DNA of 64,000 nt from Bacteroides sp. CAG:770 (GCA_000435075.1 FR890667.1:36642-100641), one strand, 5' to 3'; positions 46,971 through 57,920 are shown, numbered from the stretch's first letter. Numbers and translations: made by a program. Notes: a model not told the origin generated them from the letters alone.

Positions 46971-47882
46971 TTATTTTTTCCATCTATTATGTGTCCACAG
47001 ATAATTCGCCGGCTGGTCAATGATATCCTTTTCCAGCAGCCTGTAGAACTTGTTCATGACGTCTTCCGGAGAAAACTGCGACGCATCTTCGCAGATTTCT
47101 GTGAATGTCATCTCGTAGCCGAAATCCTTTTTCGCGCGGAATGCCATATAGACGACGGCAAAATGGAATTTGCAGGCCAATGTCGCGCCTCCGGTCATGG
47201 TCTGGGTCGGCTGGTTCATGAAATTGTCCACGACATGGCCCGAAGCATAGTTATATGGGCACTGGTCAGTCGGGAACACGTAGATATGCTTTTCATTCCT
47301 GTGCTGAATGACGTAGCGCATTATGTTCCGCGATTCTATATAGCAGGTCGAATAGTTTTCAGGCGAAATCGGAGCACATCTGTTAAGTCCAAGAATCTTG
47401 TCCCAGAAACTGTTTTTCAATTCCTTGTATATGACAGTGACATCCTTTTCCTGGAACTCCACAGAATCAGGAGCATACGCATAATTCCTGATTCCTCCTG
47501 TCAGTTCCCAGTTACCGAGATGCGAATTCATCAGGATTACGCCGGGCCTTTCCTTATACAGACGGTTCAGCACATCGGCATTGACAAGTTCGCAAATATG
47601 GGATTCGTGCAGACGTTTCGTGTCGTGCGCACCGGCGAACCAGAATGTTTCCGCCACAAGATTGCCGAAATGCCTGTAGAAATTCTTGGCGATGGATTTC
47701 AATTCCCAATACTTCTTTTCAGGGAAAGATCTGGCCAGATTCATCATCACAACATCCCTCCTGTAATGGAGAGGCCCATAGACTACCCAAGCAATGATTT
47801 TTCCCCATAAATAGTGCAGTTTCAGAGGCTGCAATGCAAGCAGTCTCATCATGCCCTTCATTATGTTTACTCCAAACTGCAT
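46971..47882 (-). CDS. Lipid A biosynthesis (LpxL/HtrB-like) lysophospholipid acyltransferase
   Basis: 303 aa; N-terminus LLALQPLKLHYLWGKIIAWVVYGPLHYRRDVVMMNLARSFPEK is typical of the LPLAT/LpxL family. Confidence 0.7.
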   Translation of the reverse strand: MQFGVNIMKGMMRLLALQPLKLHYLWGKIIAWVVYGPLHYRRDVVMMNLARSFPEKKYWELKSIAKNFYRHFGNLVAETFWFAGAHDTKRLHESHICELVNADVLNRLYKERPGVILMNSHLGNWELTGGIRNYAYAPDSVEFQEKDVTVIYKELKNSFWDKILGLNRCAPISPENYSTCYIESRNIMRYVIQHRNEKHIYVFPTDQCPYNYASGHVVDNFMNQPTQTMTGGATLACKFHFAVVYMAFRAKKDFGYEMTFTEICEDASQFSPEDVMNKFYRLLEKDIIDQPANYLWTHNRWKK

Positions 47883-48060
47883 AATATAATTCCTTCACAA
47901 ATAACAAATATAGTCATTATTCTTAATTCTTGTGCATCTGCGACCTTACTTTTCAATCCGATTTTCGGGCGGCAACTCACAAAATGGCACTTTTCTACAC
48001 AAAACGATTAAAATTTGTATGTAAATGGCTTTGATTACTTGACATTTTCAACGATAATTG

Positions 48061-48068
48061 CTAAGTTT
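48061..48068 (+). promoter_or_regulatory. Candidate -7 promoter element TAAGTTTG for the POT transporter gene
   Basis: Matches TAnnTTTG, 46 bp upstream of the ATG. Confidence 0.35.
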
Positions 48069-48113
48069 GTAAGTCCACACATGGAATTAATTAACTATTA
48101 AAAACACATAACA

Positions 48114-49781
48114 ATGTTCAAAGATCAGCCGAAAGGATTGTTCGCCCTCGCTCTGGCCAATACAGGAGAGCGATTCGGGTACTACACCATGCTCGCTATT
48201 TTCCTCCTGTTCATCCAGGCAAAATTCGGATTCAGCGCAGCCGTTTCCACCCAGATTTATTCCATCTTCCTGGCAGCGGTATATTTCATGCCTCTGTTCG
48301 GTGGTATGCTCGCCGACAAGATCGGTTACGGCAAGTGCGTCACCACAGGTATCGCCGTCATGTTCTTCGGATACCTCTGTCTGGCAATTCCTACAGGACC
48401 GGATATCGCAGGTAAAATTCTGATGTTCGGAGCACTTGCTCTCATCGCCATCGGTACCGGACTCTTCAAAGGTAACCTCCAGGTCATGGTCGGAAACCTC
48501 TATGATGATCCTAAATATGCATCTAAGCGCGACTCTGCATTCAGCCTCTTCTACATGGCCATCAACATCGGTGCAATGTTCGCTCCTTCGATGGCAAAGG
48601 CTGTCACCAATTTCTTCCTCGGCAAATCAGGTCTCGTATATAACGCAAACATTCCTGCCCTCGCCCATCAGATGATGAACGGCACCATCACCCCTGAAAA
48701 CGCAGAAAAGCTTCAGGGCCTTGCCGCTTCAATGTCAGGCGCATCAGGAATGGACATGACTTCATTCAGCGAGATGTACATCGAGAAACTTTCTACAGCA
48801 TATAATTACGGATTCGGTATCGCCTGCATCTCACTCATCATTTCGGTAGCAATCTATTTCAGCTGCCGCTCATGGTTCAAACATGCTGACGTCAATGCAA
48901 AACAGGCAAAAGCCGCACACAGCAATGAGGTCGAGCTCACACCGGAGCAGACAAAGAGCCGTATCACCGCCCTTATGCTTGTATTCGCTGTCGTTATCTT
49001 CTTCTGGATGGCATTCCACCAGAACGGTGCTACAATGACATTGTTTGCAAGAGACTACACAGCCAGCACAGTAACAGGTGCTACAAGAATCGGATTCAAC
49101 ATCTGGAGCCTTGTTCTGATAGCAATTTCAGTCTATACGCTGTTCGGAGTATTCCAGTCTGAAAAGACAAGCGGAAAAGCAATCTGCGGCGTTGCCACCC
49201 TCGGTTTGTGGGGCGTTGCCTACGCTATCTTCTCTGGTATGCCTGCAGTCGTAAACATCCTTCCTTCAGACTTCCAGCAGTTCAACCCATTCTTCGTGGT
49301 AGCATTGACACCGGTATCTCTCGCGATTTTCGGCGCACTCGCAAAGAAGGGCAAAGAGCCTTCAGCTCCACGCAAGATCGGTCTCGGAATGATTGTCGCA
49401 GCGGTAGGTTTCTCCATCCTCACATTCGCATCACTCAATCTCGCATCACCTAAGGAACTCGGCGGAACAGTCAGCCCTGACCTCATCTCACCGGACTGGC
49501 TCATTTCGACTTATCTGGTACTTACCTTCGCAGAGCTTCTGCTCTCACCAATGGGTATCTCATTCGTATCGAAGGTTGCCCCTCCTAAATATAAGGGAGC
49601 TATGATGGGTTGCTGGTTTGCAGCTACCGCCCTCGGAAACTATCTGGTTTCCATTCCTGGTCTCCTCTGGAACAAGATTCCTCTGTGGGGTGTTTGGGGA
49701 CTTCTCATCACACTCTGTCTCCTTTCAGCCCTCTTCATCTTCTCTATCATGAAGAAGCTCGAAACAGCTACCGAGTGCTAA
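48114..49781 (+). CDS. Proton-dependent oligopeptide transporter (POT/PTR2 family, DtpT-like)
   Basis: 555 aa with about 14 TM helices; the N-terminal GERFGYYTMLAIFLLF...GGMLADKIGYGK is the PTR2 signature region. Confidence 0.85.
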   Translation: MFKDQPKGLFALALANTGERFGYYTMLAIFLLFIQAKFGFSAAVSTQIYSIFLAAVYFMPLFGGMLADKIGYGKCVTTGIAVMFFGYLCLAIPTGPDIAGKILMFGALALIAIGTGLFKGNLQVMVGNLYDDPKYASKRDSAFSLFYMAINIGAMFAPSMAKAVTNFFLGKSGLVYNANIPALAHQMMNGTITPENAEKLQGLAASMSGASGMDMTSFSEMYIEKLSTAYNYGFGIACISLIISVAIYFSCRSWFKHADVNAKQAKAAHSNEVELTPEQTKSRITALMLVFAVVIFFWMAFHQNGATMTLFARDYTASTVTGATRIGFNIWSLVLIAISVYTLFGVFQSEKTSGKAICGVATLGLWGVAYAIFSGMPAVVNILPSDFQQFNPFFVVALTPVSLAIFGALAKKGKEPSAPRKIGLGMIVAAVGFSILTFASLNLASPKELGGTVSPDLISPDWLISTYLVLTFAELLLSPMGISFVSKVAPPKYKGAMMGCWFAATALGNYLVSIPGLLWNKIPLWGVWGLLITLCLLSALFIFSIMKKLETATEC

Positions 49782-49799
49782 AATAAACCGACATATCAG

Positions 49800-49836
49800 A
49801 TGAGGAAAGTCAGACAGGCTTTCCTCATTTGCTTTA
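49800..49836 (+). terminator. Rho-independent terminator after the POT transporter gene
   Basis: atgaggaaag-tcagacagg-ctttcctcat, a 10-bp perfect stem followed by ttgcttt. Confidence 0.65.
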
Positions 49837-49861
49837 AGGATTACTAAGTAAGCGTTAAAAA

Positions 49862-50566
49862 ATGACAAAAGAAACTATAGCTCTGCTCAAGGAATGGGCC
49901 CAGACATACAACAATCCGGAATACTTCAGGGAAGACCCGATCGCATTCCCTACGAAGTTCACTGAAATGATGAAAGCCGGAAAATGCAACCTGAAAGATG
50001 TGGAGATAGCTGCCGTCTTCGCTGCACATTTCGCTTGGGGGCGCAGGTCAATGATAGTACGCGACAGTGGACGCCTGTTCGATGAAATGGACTGGAAACC
50101 ATACGATTACGTAATGAAAGGCGAATGGCGTGACGACCAGGTCAGCATTCACAGAACCATAAAATGGAGCGAAGTGGCAGCCATCTGCAAAAGATTGAAA
50201 GACATCTATGAAAGACAGGAGAGCATAGAAACATTGACAGTACCCCAAATCAGGACATCAGTCTTCGGACAGAAGGAAGATGCGAAGGCTCCGAACAAGA
50301 AGATCAATATGATGAGACGCTGGATGGTCAGGGATGACGGCAAGGTGGACCTCGGGCTCTGGAAGAACACATCCCCGGACACGTTGCTGATTCCGCTGGA
50401 TATCCATGTGTATCAGCAGGCTACGGAGCTGGGGCTCACAGAAAGGAAGCCCAAGGACATAAAGACTGTCATTGAAATAACCGATTCTTTCCGCGACATT
50501 TTTCCTGGCGATCCATGCAAGGGAGACTTCGCGCTGTTCGGGTACGGCGTGACACATCAGGATTGA
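49862..50566 (+). CDS. Conserved hypothetical protein (possibly DUF2400/TIGR02757-like)
   Basis: 234 aa, soluble; contains LLIPLDIHV; the family assignment is from memory only. Confidence 0.35.
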   Translation: MTKETIALLKEWAQTYNNPEYFREDPIAFPTKFTEMMKAGKCNLKDVEIAAVFAAHFAWGRRSMIVRDSGRLFDEMDWKPYDYVMKGEWRDDQVSIHRTIKWSEVAAICKRLKDIYERQESIETLTVPQIRTSVFGQKEDAKAPNKKINMMRRWMVRDDGKVDLGLWKNTSPDTLLIPLDIHVYQQATELGLTERKPKDIKTVIEITDSFRDIFPGDPCKGDFALFGYGVTHQD

Positions 50567-50673
50567 CATTTGCGGGACTATTCTGCAGGCATTTCCATGG
50601 CAGCGCATACAAGTTTTGTACGGGAGCAGAATTTTTCGTATATTGGCAATGATAAATCTGAACAAACGCAGCC

Positions 50674-51270
50674 ATGCCACAGCTATACGTCATATCAGGA
50701 TGCAACGGTGCCGGAAAAACTACGGCATCCTATGCGCTGCTTCCCGAGATGCTCGGATGCAGCCAGTTTGTGAATTCCGACGAATTCGCAAAAAGTCTTT
50801 CACCTTTCAGTCCAGATGCTGCTTCCATTCAGGCCAGCAAGCTTATGTTATTGAAAATGAACTATCTTTTCAAGCGCAATGAAGACTTCGCAATAGAGAC
50901 GACGCTGGCCACAAGGAGCCTGAAAAAGACTATCATCAAGGCGCGGGCACAGGGCTACCGAATCACGATATTGTACTTCTGGCTGAACTCCCCCGAACTT
51001 GCCGTCGAAAGGGTGAGGGCGAGGGTTGCAGCCGGTGGGCACAACATCCCGGAAGAAACCATAAGACGACGATATATGGCCGGACTGCACTATTTTTTCA
51101 ATATATATAGGAATATGGCAGACCGGTGGATTCTGGCGGACAATTCCCAGATTCCGTTCAGGGTCGTCGCCGAAGGGCAGGCAGGCAGGCTGACCATTAA
51201 AGACGAACAGACATATTCAAAGATACAAGAATTGGCGGACTTTGCTGAGAAATCTCTTTCCGGGGAATGA
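50674..51270 (+). CDS. Zeta-toxin-like / AAA-type P-loop kinase family protein with no visible antitoxin partner
   Basis: 198 aa; Walker A at the N-terminus (ISGCNGAGKTTAS), a later DEF motif, overall zeta-toxin-like length. Confidence 0.55.
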   Translation: MPQLYVISGCNGAGKTTASYALLPEMLGCSQFVNSDEFAKSLSPFSPDAASIQASKLMLLKMNYLFKRNEDFAIETTLATRSLKKTIIKARAQGYRITILYFWLNSPELAVERVRARVAAGGHNIPEETIRRRYMAGLHYFFNIYRNMADRWILADNSQIPFRVVAEGQAGRLTIKDEQTYSKIQELADFAEKSLSGE

Positions 51271-51309
51271 TTCTTCAGACTTCCCCACCGCTGAAAACTG
51301 ATTAAAAAC

Positions 51310-52797
51310 ATGATATCAGACAAACAATTTTACTTAGACACATTCAACATTGATGAAAACGACTTGAGGAAACTCACTGTCACCGCATTGTCCCACGGAG
51401 GAGACTATTGCGACTTGTATTTCGAAAACACGATGCTCCAGACCCATCAGCTAATGGACGGGGAAGTTTCGTCAAGCGGACTCAACATTGACTATGGAGT
51501 CGGTATCAGGGTCCTCTGCGGAGAAAAGACCGGCTACGCATATTCGGAAAGCACAGAGTGGGCAGACATGGAAAGTGCCGCAAAAGCCGCTTCCGCAATA
51601 TCTCAGGGTCAGGCGGTCAAGCCACGCGACACCAGAAGTATCGGAGCGACATATACGGCTCAGGAAAACAACGGAGGCAGACTGGTGAGGAGACTTTACC
51701 CTGGACAGCCTACTCCGCGTGCGGACAGATATCCAATTCTGCAGAACTGGAGAGAAACCAGCCCCGCCATCGCCGTGGAATATCTAGGGAAACTGGAGAA
51801 ATCCATCAAGAAGAGAGATGGCAGAATCACCAGCGTCATCTGCGTATTGTCCAGCCAGACAAGCGATTACCTGATGTACAATTCCTTCGGGGAACTGAAA
51901 TACGAGACCAGACCGATGACCACCGTCCAGGCCATGCTCGTGGCTGACAACGGCAAGGGAAAGATTCAGAAGAACGTATCCAGAAGCTTCAGGAAAGGAG
52001 CTGAGATGACTACAGACGAACTGATAGAAGAAATCGCGGAGAAAATCACCTGCGGCATTGATGAGGCCTTCGAAGCGGTGCGTCCGAAAGGCGGTCAGAT
52101 GCAGGTGGTCATGGGCGCGGGAGCTTCAGGAATTCTGCTCCACGAGGCCATGGGACACGCTTTCGAAGCCGATTTCAACAGAAAGGGACAGTCCATTTTC
52201 TCTGACAAGATGGGACAGCGCGTCTGCCCTGAAGGAATCAATATCGCTGACGATGCCACAATCCGCGGAAACCGCGGTTCCCTCAATTTCGACGACGAGG
52301 GCGTCCCGGGCCAGAGAACGCTCATGGTGGAAAACGGAATACTGACCTCATATCTCCACGACAGAATCAGCGCGAAATTCTACGGAGTAGCTCCTACCGG
52401 AAACGGACGTCGAGAATCCTTCCGTTCGAGTCCAATCCCGAGAATGAGAGCCACTTATATGGAAAGCGGAAACGCCGAACCGGAGGGAATCATCGCCTCC
52501 GTGTCCAAAGGAATTTATGTCAATGAATTCAGCAACGGTCAGGTAAAAATCGGCGAGGGCGACTTCACATTCTTCGTGAAGAGCGGCTTCCTGATCGAAA
52601 ACGGAAAGCTGACGACACCTGTGAAGGACATCAATGTCATCGGAAACGGCCCTCAGGCATTGAAAGATATCGTTGCGGTCGGAAACGATTGTGTGATAGA
52701 CGACAGCGCCTGGACTTGCGGCAAGGGACAGTCAGTTCCGGTCTGCTGCGGAATGCCGACCGTCCTTATCGACAATCTTACTGTAGGAGGAGAATAA
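51310..52797 (+). CDS. tldD: Metalloprotease TldD
   Basis: 495 aa; HEAMGHAFEAD is the HExxxH-type TldD motif, and the paralogous TldE/PmbA gene follows directly. Confidence 0.85.
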   Translation: MISDKQFYLDTFNIDENDLRKLTVTALSHGGDYCDLYFENTMLQTHQLMDGEVSSSGLNIDYGVGIRVLCGEKTGYAYSESTEWADMESAAKAASAISQGQAVKPRDTRSIGATYTAQENNGGRLVRRLYPGQPTPRADRYPILQNWRETSPAIAVEYLGKLEKSIKKRDGRITSVICVLSSQTSDYLMYNSFGELKYETRPMTTVQAMLVADNGKGKIQKNVSRSFRKGAEMTTDELIEEIAEKITCGIDEAFEAVRPKGGQMQVVMGAGASGILLHEAMGHAFEADFNRKGQSIFSDKMGQRVCPEGINIADDATIRGNRGSLNFDDEGVPGQRTLMVENGILTSYLHDRISAKFYGVAPTGNGRRESFRSSPIPRMRATYMESGNAEPEGIIASVSKGIYVNEFSNGQVKIGEGDFTFFVKSGFLIENGKLTTPVKDINVIGNGPQALKDIVAVGNDCVIDDSAWTCGKGQSVPVCCGMPTVLIDNLTVGGE

Positions 52798-52798
52798 A

Positions 52799-54202
52799 AT
52801 GGAGAATATGATCAACGGAATGATAACTGAAGAAGAGAAGGCATTGGCAGACAACAGCATTGACATGGCTCTTGAAGCTGGCGCCTCTGCGGTTCAGGTC
52901 ACATTGGACAAGGCCAAGACTGAGATTATCGCACTTTTGGACGGAGAGATCGACAATATCAGGCAGACTGGAGACAGGGCATTGACTTTCAAGGTCTTTG
53001 CTGACGGAAAATATGGGGTATTCTCCACGAACAGGCTCGAAGCGGAAAGTGTCCGCAACCTCCTGAAGATGGCGGTAGAAAATGTCAGACTGCTTGCGCC
53101 GGACAAGTTCCGCAGACTGCCGGACAAAGAGGAAACGGCCAAAGACGCCATCCGCGGAGATGAAATGGAACTTTGCTGGGACGGTTACGATTCAGTGACA
53201 TCCGAGGAGAGGCTTGGCATGGTCAGAAGAGCATCCGTATTCAGTGAGTTTTCCGTGGATTCCCCCGATAGGGAATGGAAACTGGTCTCCGAAGAAGTGG
53301 AATACAACAACACATTGACAGACACATACTTGACCAGTTCCGACAGAATCGCTTGCAGACAAATCGAGACATCTTTCGAGGTCTGCAGCAATGTGACAGT
53401 CGAGGACAAGGAGGGCAACAAATACAGCGGACTATGGTGGGATTACAGCATCAGTCCGGAAAAGGTGCTTGCCTCCGACTGCGGCCACAAGGCCGTAATG
53501 CAGGCAGCAAGCCAGATAGGTCAGGTCAATGTCAATGGAGGGAAATACAGAATGGTCGTCTCAAGGAGGGTCTCAGGAAGATTGGTGCAGCCTGTCCTCA
53601 ATGCCCTTTCGGGCAGGGCCATACAGCAGAAATCATCCTTCCTGACTGAAACTTTAGACAAGAAGGTTTTCAGCGACGGACTTACCATCCTGGACAGGCC
53701 GAGGGAAAAAGGAAAGAGCGGGTCAAACCTGTTCGACGGTGAAGGAAGGGCATGTCTGGACAGGGACATCATTGTAAATGGTGTCATAAAAGAGTATTTC
53801 ATAAACACTTACATGTCCGGCAAACTTGGAATGCCGGCAACTTCGGATGGCGCGAACAGGCCTGTCGTCCAGCCGTTTGTATCAAAGGAACTCGGGGCCG
53901 GGGGCAACATTGACCTTACTCTTCTTCAGGAAGCGGATGTGCTCGCGCTTTGCGGTTCCGGTATTCTGGTAACGGATTTCAATGGAGGCAACTGCAACTC
54001 AGCCACCGGCGATTTTTCTTACGGCGTGGAGGGATTTGTCTTCGAAAACGGGGAAATCAAGTCACCCGTTTCAGGGATGCTGATAACCGGAAACATGAAA
54101 GAACTCTGGAGCAATCTGTTGGTGGCTGCTTCTGACACGATGGAAGGTTTCAGCAGGCAGGTTCCGACTCTGGCTTTCGATGATGTGACGTTCAGCGCAT
54201 AA
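52799..54202 (+). CDS. pmbA: TldE/PmbA-family protease partner
   Basis: 467 aa; same fold family as the preceding gene but without the HExxxH motif; starts 2 nt after the tldD stop. Confidence 0.8.
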   Translation: MENMINGMITEEEKALADNSIDMALEAGASAVQVTLDKAKTEIIALLDGEIDNIRQTGDRALTFKVFADGKYGVFSTNRLEAESVRNLLKMAVENVRLLAPDKFRRLPDKEETAKDAIRGDEMELCWDGYDSVTSEERLGMVRRASVFSEFSVDSPDREWKLVSEEVEYNNTLTDTYLTSSDRIACRQIETSFEVCSNVTVEDKEGNKYSGLWWDYSISPEKVLASDCGHKAVMQAASQIGQVNVNGGKYRMVVSRRVSGRLVQPVLNALSGRAIQQKSSFLTETLDKKVFSDGLTILDRPREKGKSGSNLFDGEGRACLDRDIIVNGVIKEYFINTYMSGKLGMPATSDGANRPVVQPFVSKELGAGGNIDLTLLQEADVLALCGSGILVTDFNGGNCNSATGDFSYGVEGFVFENGEIKSPVSGMLITGNMKELWSNLLVAASDTMEGFSRQVPTLAFDDVTFSA

Positions 54203-54218
54203 ACATACTATTATTACT

Positions 54219-54270
54219 GGGGCGTTTTTGTGTAATGTTCTATAGGACAACACAAAAACGCCCCTTTTTA
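54219..54270 (+). terminator. Strong rho-independent terminator after tldD-pmbA
   Basis: ggggcgtttttgtgt (54219-54233) and acacaaaaacgcccc (54250-54264) form a perfect 15-bp stem, followed by TTTTT. Confidence 0.8.
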
Positions 54271-54425
54271 ACAAAAACGTTATAAAACGATTTGGAAAGC
54301 TGGTATAATAAGCTTATATTAGTACTTTAATCTATAGCCGGACCGAGTGGCGCTACTAGAAAAACCAACAGATATTACAGTTTCCAAGAGAAACGACACA
54401 TAATAATTTTTATACACTACCGCTT

Positions 54426-57400
54426 ATGATTAAAGCAAACAATCAAAAGGGATTGGCAGGACGCCGATTACTTATTGCTTTAGCGGCATTCACACTACTT
54501 CCAGCCGGAAGAGCCGACTGTTTGGCAAACAGTCCGGGCAATGTCGCGTCCGATTCAGCAAGCACTCTCATGCAAGACCAGAAAAAAGAAATCTCAGGAA
54601 CCGTCCTGGATTCCAATGGCGAACCGCTAGTGGGCGTAAGCGTCATTGAAAAAGGAAGCATGAACGGTGTCATTACAGACAGCCACGGCCGTTTCAACAT
54701 TACAGTGAAAGCAGGAGCCGTGCTTCAGTTCTCATCCATTGGATACACTGATAAAGAAGTAGTTGCAGCCCCTGGAATGAGGGTGACACTCGAAGATGAC
54801 AGCGAGCTGCTTTCAGAAGTCGTTGTCGTGGGTTACGGTAGCCAGAAAAGGGCAAGCCTCACAGGTTCCATCGCAGTCGTCGATGTAGAAAAGACTCTCG
54901 ACAGCCGTCCTATCGCTGACGTAGGACGAGGACTGCAGGGCTCGGTTCCTGGAGTGAACATCAGAATCCCGACCGGTGAAGTCGGTTCCGACCCTATCAT
55001 CAATATCCGCGGACAGATCGGTTCCATCTCAGGTAACAACAACCCTCTGATTCTCCTCGACAACGTGGAGATTCCAAGTATCCAGATGGTCAATCCTGAC
55101 GATATCCAGTCTATTTCAGTCCTGAAGGATGCCGCGGCATCTTCAATCTACGGTTCCAAGGCTGCCTTCGGTGTAATTCTCATCACCTCAAAGACGGGAG
55201 CGGGAAAAGAGAAAATCGAAGTCACATACTCCGACAACTTCTCATGGCAGAACACCGCCAAGAAAATCGAAATCGGAGGACTTGGAGCATTGAAATACAC
55301 CCTCGACGCACAGAAGAACATGGGTGCGGCGATGCCTGCCGGCGGTTTCTGGCGAATCAGCCCTGAAAGCTATGAGAAGGCTGTCGAGTGGCAGAAACTC
55401 TATGGCGGAAAAGTCAAGGACGGAGATCCTGTCGTCTATGGAAGAGACTGGTACTATGACGGAGTCAACAAATATGGCTATCGTCTCTATGACGGAGCAA
55501 AGGCAATGATACGAGAATGGGCCCCTAGCCAGTCGCACAACCTTTCCATCAGCGGAACATCAGGCAAGACATCGTACAATGTGGGCCTCGGCTACCTCAG
55601 ACAGAGCGGTATGTCCAGAACCGCGCAGCACGATGACTTCACCAGATACAACTCATCCATCAGCGTCACATCCAACCTGAACAAATTCCTCAGCATCCGT
55701 GCAAGTTCCATCTTCTCGGACCGCAACAAGAGATATCCGGGTGTCGGCACGACTGTAGCCGACCCATGGCTCTACCTCTACAGATGGAGCCCGCTCTTCC
55801 CTATCGGAGTCAAGGAAAACGGAAACGACCTCCGCGAGGCCGCATACGAGCTCAGGGCAGCCAACACCGACAACCTGAGAAACAGATATTTCAATGTCAA
55901 TCTAGGTGCGACAGTGAACATCACCAAGAACTGGGACGTGAAGTTCGACTACACCTACGACCAGAGGACACAGGAGAAGAACTCTTCAAACCCTCAGTTC
56001 AGAGGCGGACAAATGTGGTACTCGCCTACCGAATGGTTCGGAGAGGACGGTTCAAGGGTTTATGTCAATGAAGCAGGACAGATCGTGGATCCGTCAGCAG
56101 ACGGGTCAATGCCGGGATATTGCTTCCCTGTGCAGGACTACTTCTCGAACGTCACTTCCACCAGCATTACCCGCTACAGATATGCGAACACGACCAATAC
56201 CATCAACGCATATACGACTTACAATCTACTCCTCGGTTCCGGCGGTCAGCATGACATCAAAATCATGGCCGGACTCAACAGGGTCGCAACCACTTGGGAG
56301 TCAGTAGAGGCAAGCAAGACAAACCTCCTCAACATTGACAATCCACAGTTCAACACTGCGACAGGAGACCAGTTCGCAGACGGAAACACAAACTGGGATT
56401 CACAGCTCGGATTCTTCGGCCGTCTGAACTACTCATTCGGCAACAGATACTTCCTCGAGGCCAATATCCGCCGCGACGGTTCTTCGAAGTTCCCTTCACA
56501 CCTCAGATGGCAGACATTCCCTTCATTCTCAGGAGGTTGGATCTTCACCAATGAGAAGTTCATGAAGAAGGTGGAGCCGGTGCTCAGCTTCGGTAAGATC
56601 AGGGCTTCATGGGGAAGCATCGGAGACCAGTCCGTAGCAAACACACTCTATCTCTCCACACTCTCGAGTTCGCAATCCAACTGGCTTGACGGTTCCGGAA
56701 ACAAGACCACACAGTATGGAACTCCGTCTCTTGTGGACTATGACATCACATGGCAGAGGATCGAGACCCTCGACGTAGGTGCAGACCTCAGATTCTGGAA
56801 GAACCAGATCGGCATCACATTCGACTGGTTCCAGAGAGACACCAAGAACATGATCATACCTGGTGAAGACCTCCCTGTAACCCTCGGAACAACAGCTCCT
56901 AGAGGAAACTACGGAAGCCTCCGCACACGCGGATGGGAGTTGGCTCTCGATTTCGGATTCAGATTCCAGAATGGTCTCGGAATCAATGGTATGGCTACCC
57001 TCTCAGATGCAGTAACCGACATCACGAAGGGTGCAGACTGGGCTACACCTTGGGAAAACAGACTTCTTTCCAACGCATACTCTACCGGCAGACGTTACGG
57101 CGACATCTACGGATTCGTGACGGACAGACTCTTCCAGAAGGACGACTTCGTATATGGGCCTGACGGAGAAATCGAAAAGATTACCGTAATCTATAAGGGC
57201 ACAGCCCGCACAACCTTCAAGCAGTCCGCCAAATATCCTGTATATCAGGTTCATTACGAGAACAGCGACAAACTCATTTTCGCTCCTGGAGACACGAAGT
57301 TCGTCGATGTGGACGGTGACGGATATATCACACCTGGAGACGGCACCAACGGCAATCCTGGAGACCAGGTAGTCATCGGAAACTCTACTCCTAGATATGA

Positions 57401-57920
57401 ATACGGTTTCAGGCTCGGCGCTGACTGGAAAGGATTCGACTTCTCCATCTTCTTCCAGGGCATCGGAAAGCGCAAGATCTGGGGAAGCGGACAGCTCGCA
57501 ATTCCAGGATACTCGGCAAAGGAAGGCGCATTGCCTAAGACCTTCACCAAGGACTACTGGACAGAGGACAACACTGATGCATTCTATCCGCGCGCATGGA
57601 ACCTCAACGGCAGCGATACAGGTTTCAGCATGCAGAGACAGAGCCGGTATATGCTGAACATGGCATACCTGAGAATCAAGAACATAACCCTCGGTTATTC
57701 AGTGCCTGAGCGTTATCTTTCCAAGGTCAGGGTCAGCAAGGCAAGAGTTTACCTCTCACTTGAAAACTTCTTCACATTTGACCACCTGAGAGGACTTCCT
57801 ATCGACCCTGAGGCAATTTCAGGTTACTCTATGTTCTCAACCAACTACAATATGGGACGTACCGGTACCGGAACACCTGTATTCAAGTCAGTATCATTCG
57901 GTGTACAGTTATCATTCTAA
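54426..57920 (+). CDS. susC: SusC/RagA-family TonB-dependent outer-membrane transporter (second locus)
   Basis: 1164 aa; signal peptide, CarbopepD_reg-like domain (ISGTVLDSNGEPLVGVSVIEKGSMNGVITDSHGRFNI), a plug with SEVVVVGYGSQKR, and a beta-barrel ending FGVQLSF. Confidence 0.9.
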   Translation: MIKANNQKGLAGRRLLIALAAFTLLPAGRADCLANSPGNVASDSASTLMQDQKKEISGTVLDSNGEPLVGVSVIEKGSMNGVITDSHGRFNITVKAGAVLQFSSIGYTDKEVVAAPGMRVTLEDDSELLSEVVVVGYGSQKRASLTGSIAVVDVEKTLDSRPIADVGRGLQGSVPGVNIRIPTGEVGSDPIINIRGQIGSISGNNNPLILLDNVEIPSIQMVNPDDIQSISVLKDAAASSIYGSKAAFGVILITSKTGAGKEKIEVTYSDNFSWQNTAKKIEIGGLGALKYTLDAQKNMGAAMPAGGFWRISPESYEKAVEWQKLYGGKVKDGDPVVYGRDWYYDGVNKYGYRLYDGAKAMIREWAPSQSHNLSISGTSGKTSYNVGLGYLRQSGMSRTAQHDDFTRYNSSISVTSNLNKFLSIRASSIFSDRNKRYPGVGTTVADPWLYLYRWSPLFPIGVKENGNDLREAAYELRAANTDNLRNRYFNVNLGATVNITKNWDVKFDYTYDQRTQEKNSSNPQFRGGQMWYSPTEWFGEDGSRVYVNEAGQIVDPSADGSMPGYCFPVQDYFSNVTSTSITRYRYANTTNTINAYTTYNLLLGSGGQHDIKIMAGLNRVATTWESVEASKTNLLNIDNPQFNTATGDQFADGNTNWDSQLGFFGRLNYSFGNRYFLEANIRRDGSSKFPSHLRWQTFPSFSGGWIFTNEKFMKKVEPVLSFGKIRASWGSIGDQSVANTLYLSTLSSSQSNWLDGSGNKTTQYGTPSLVDYDITWQRIETLDVGADLRFWKNQIGITFDWFQRDTKNMIIPGEDLPVTLGTTAPRGNYGSLRTRGWELALDFGFRFQNGLGINGMATLSDAVTDITKGADWATPWENRLLSNAYSTGRRYGDIYGFVTDRLFQKDDFVYGPDGEIEKITVIYKGTARTTFKQSAKYPVYQVHYENSDKLIFAPGDTKFVDVDGDGYITPGDGTNGNPGDQVVIGNSTPRYEYGFRLGADWKGFDFSIFFQGIGKRKIWGSGQLAIPGYSAKEGALPKTFTKDYWTEDNTDAFYPRAWNLNGSDTGFSMQRQSRYMLNMAYLRIKNITLGYSVPERYLSKVRVSKARVYLSLENFFTFDHLRGLPIDPEAISGYSMFSTNYNMGRTGTGTPVFKSVSFGVQLSF

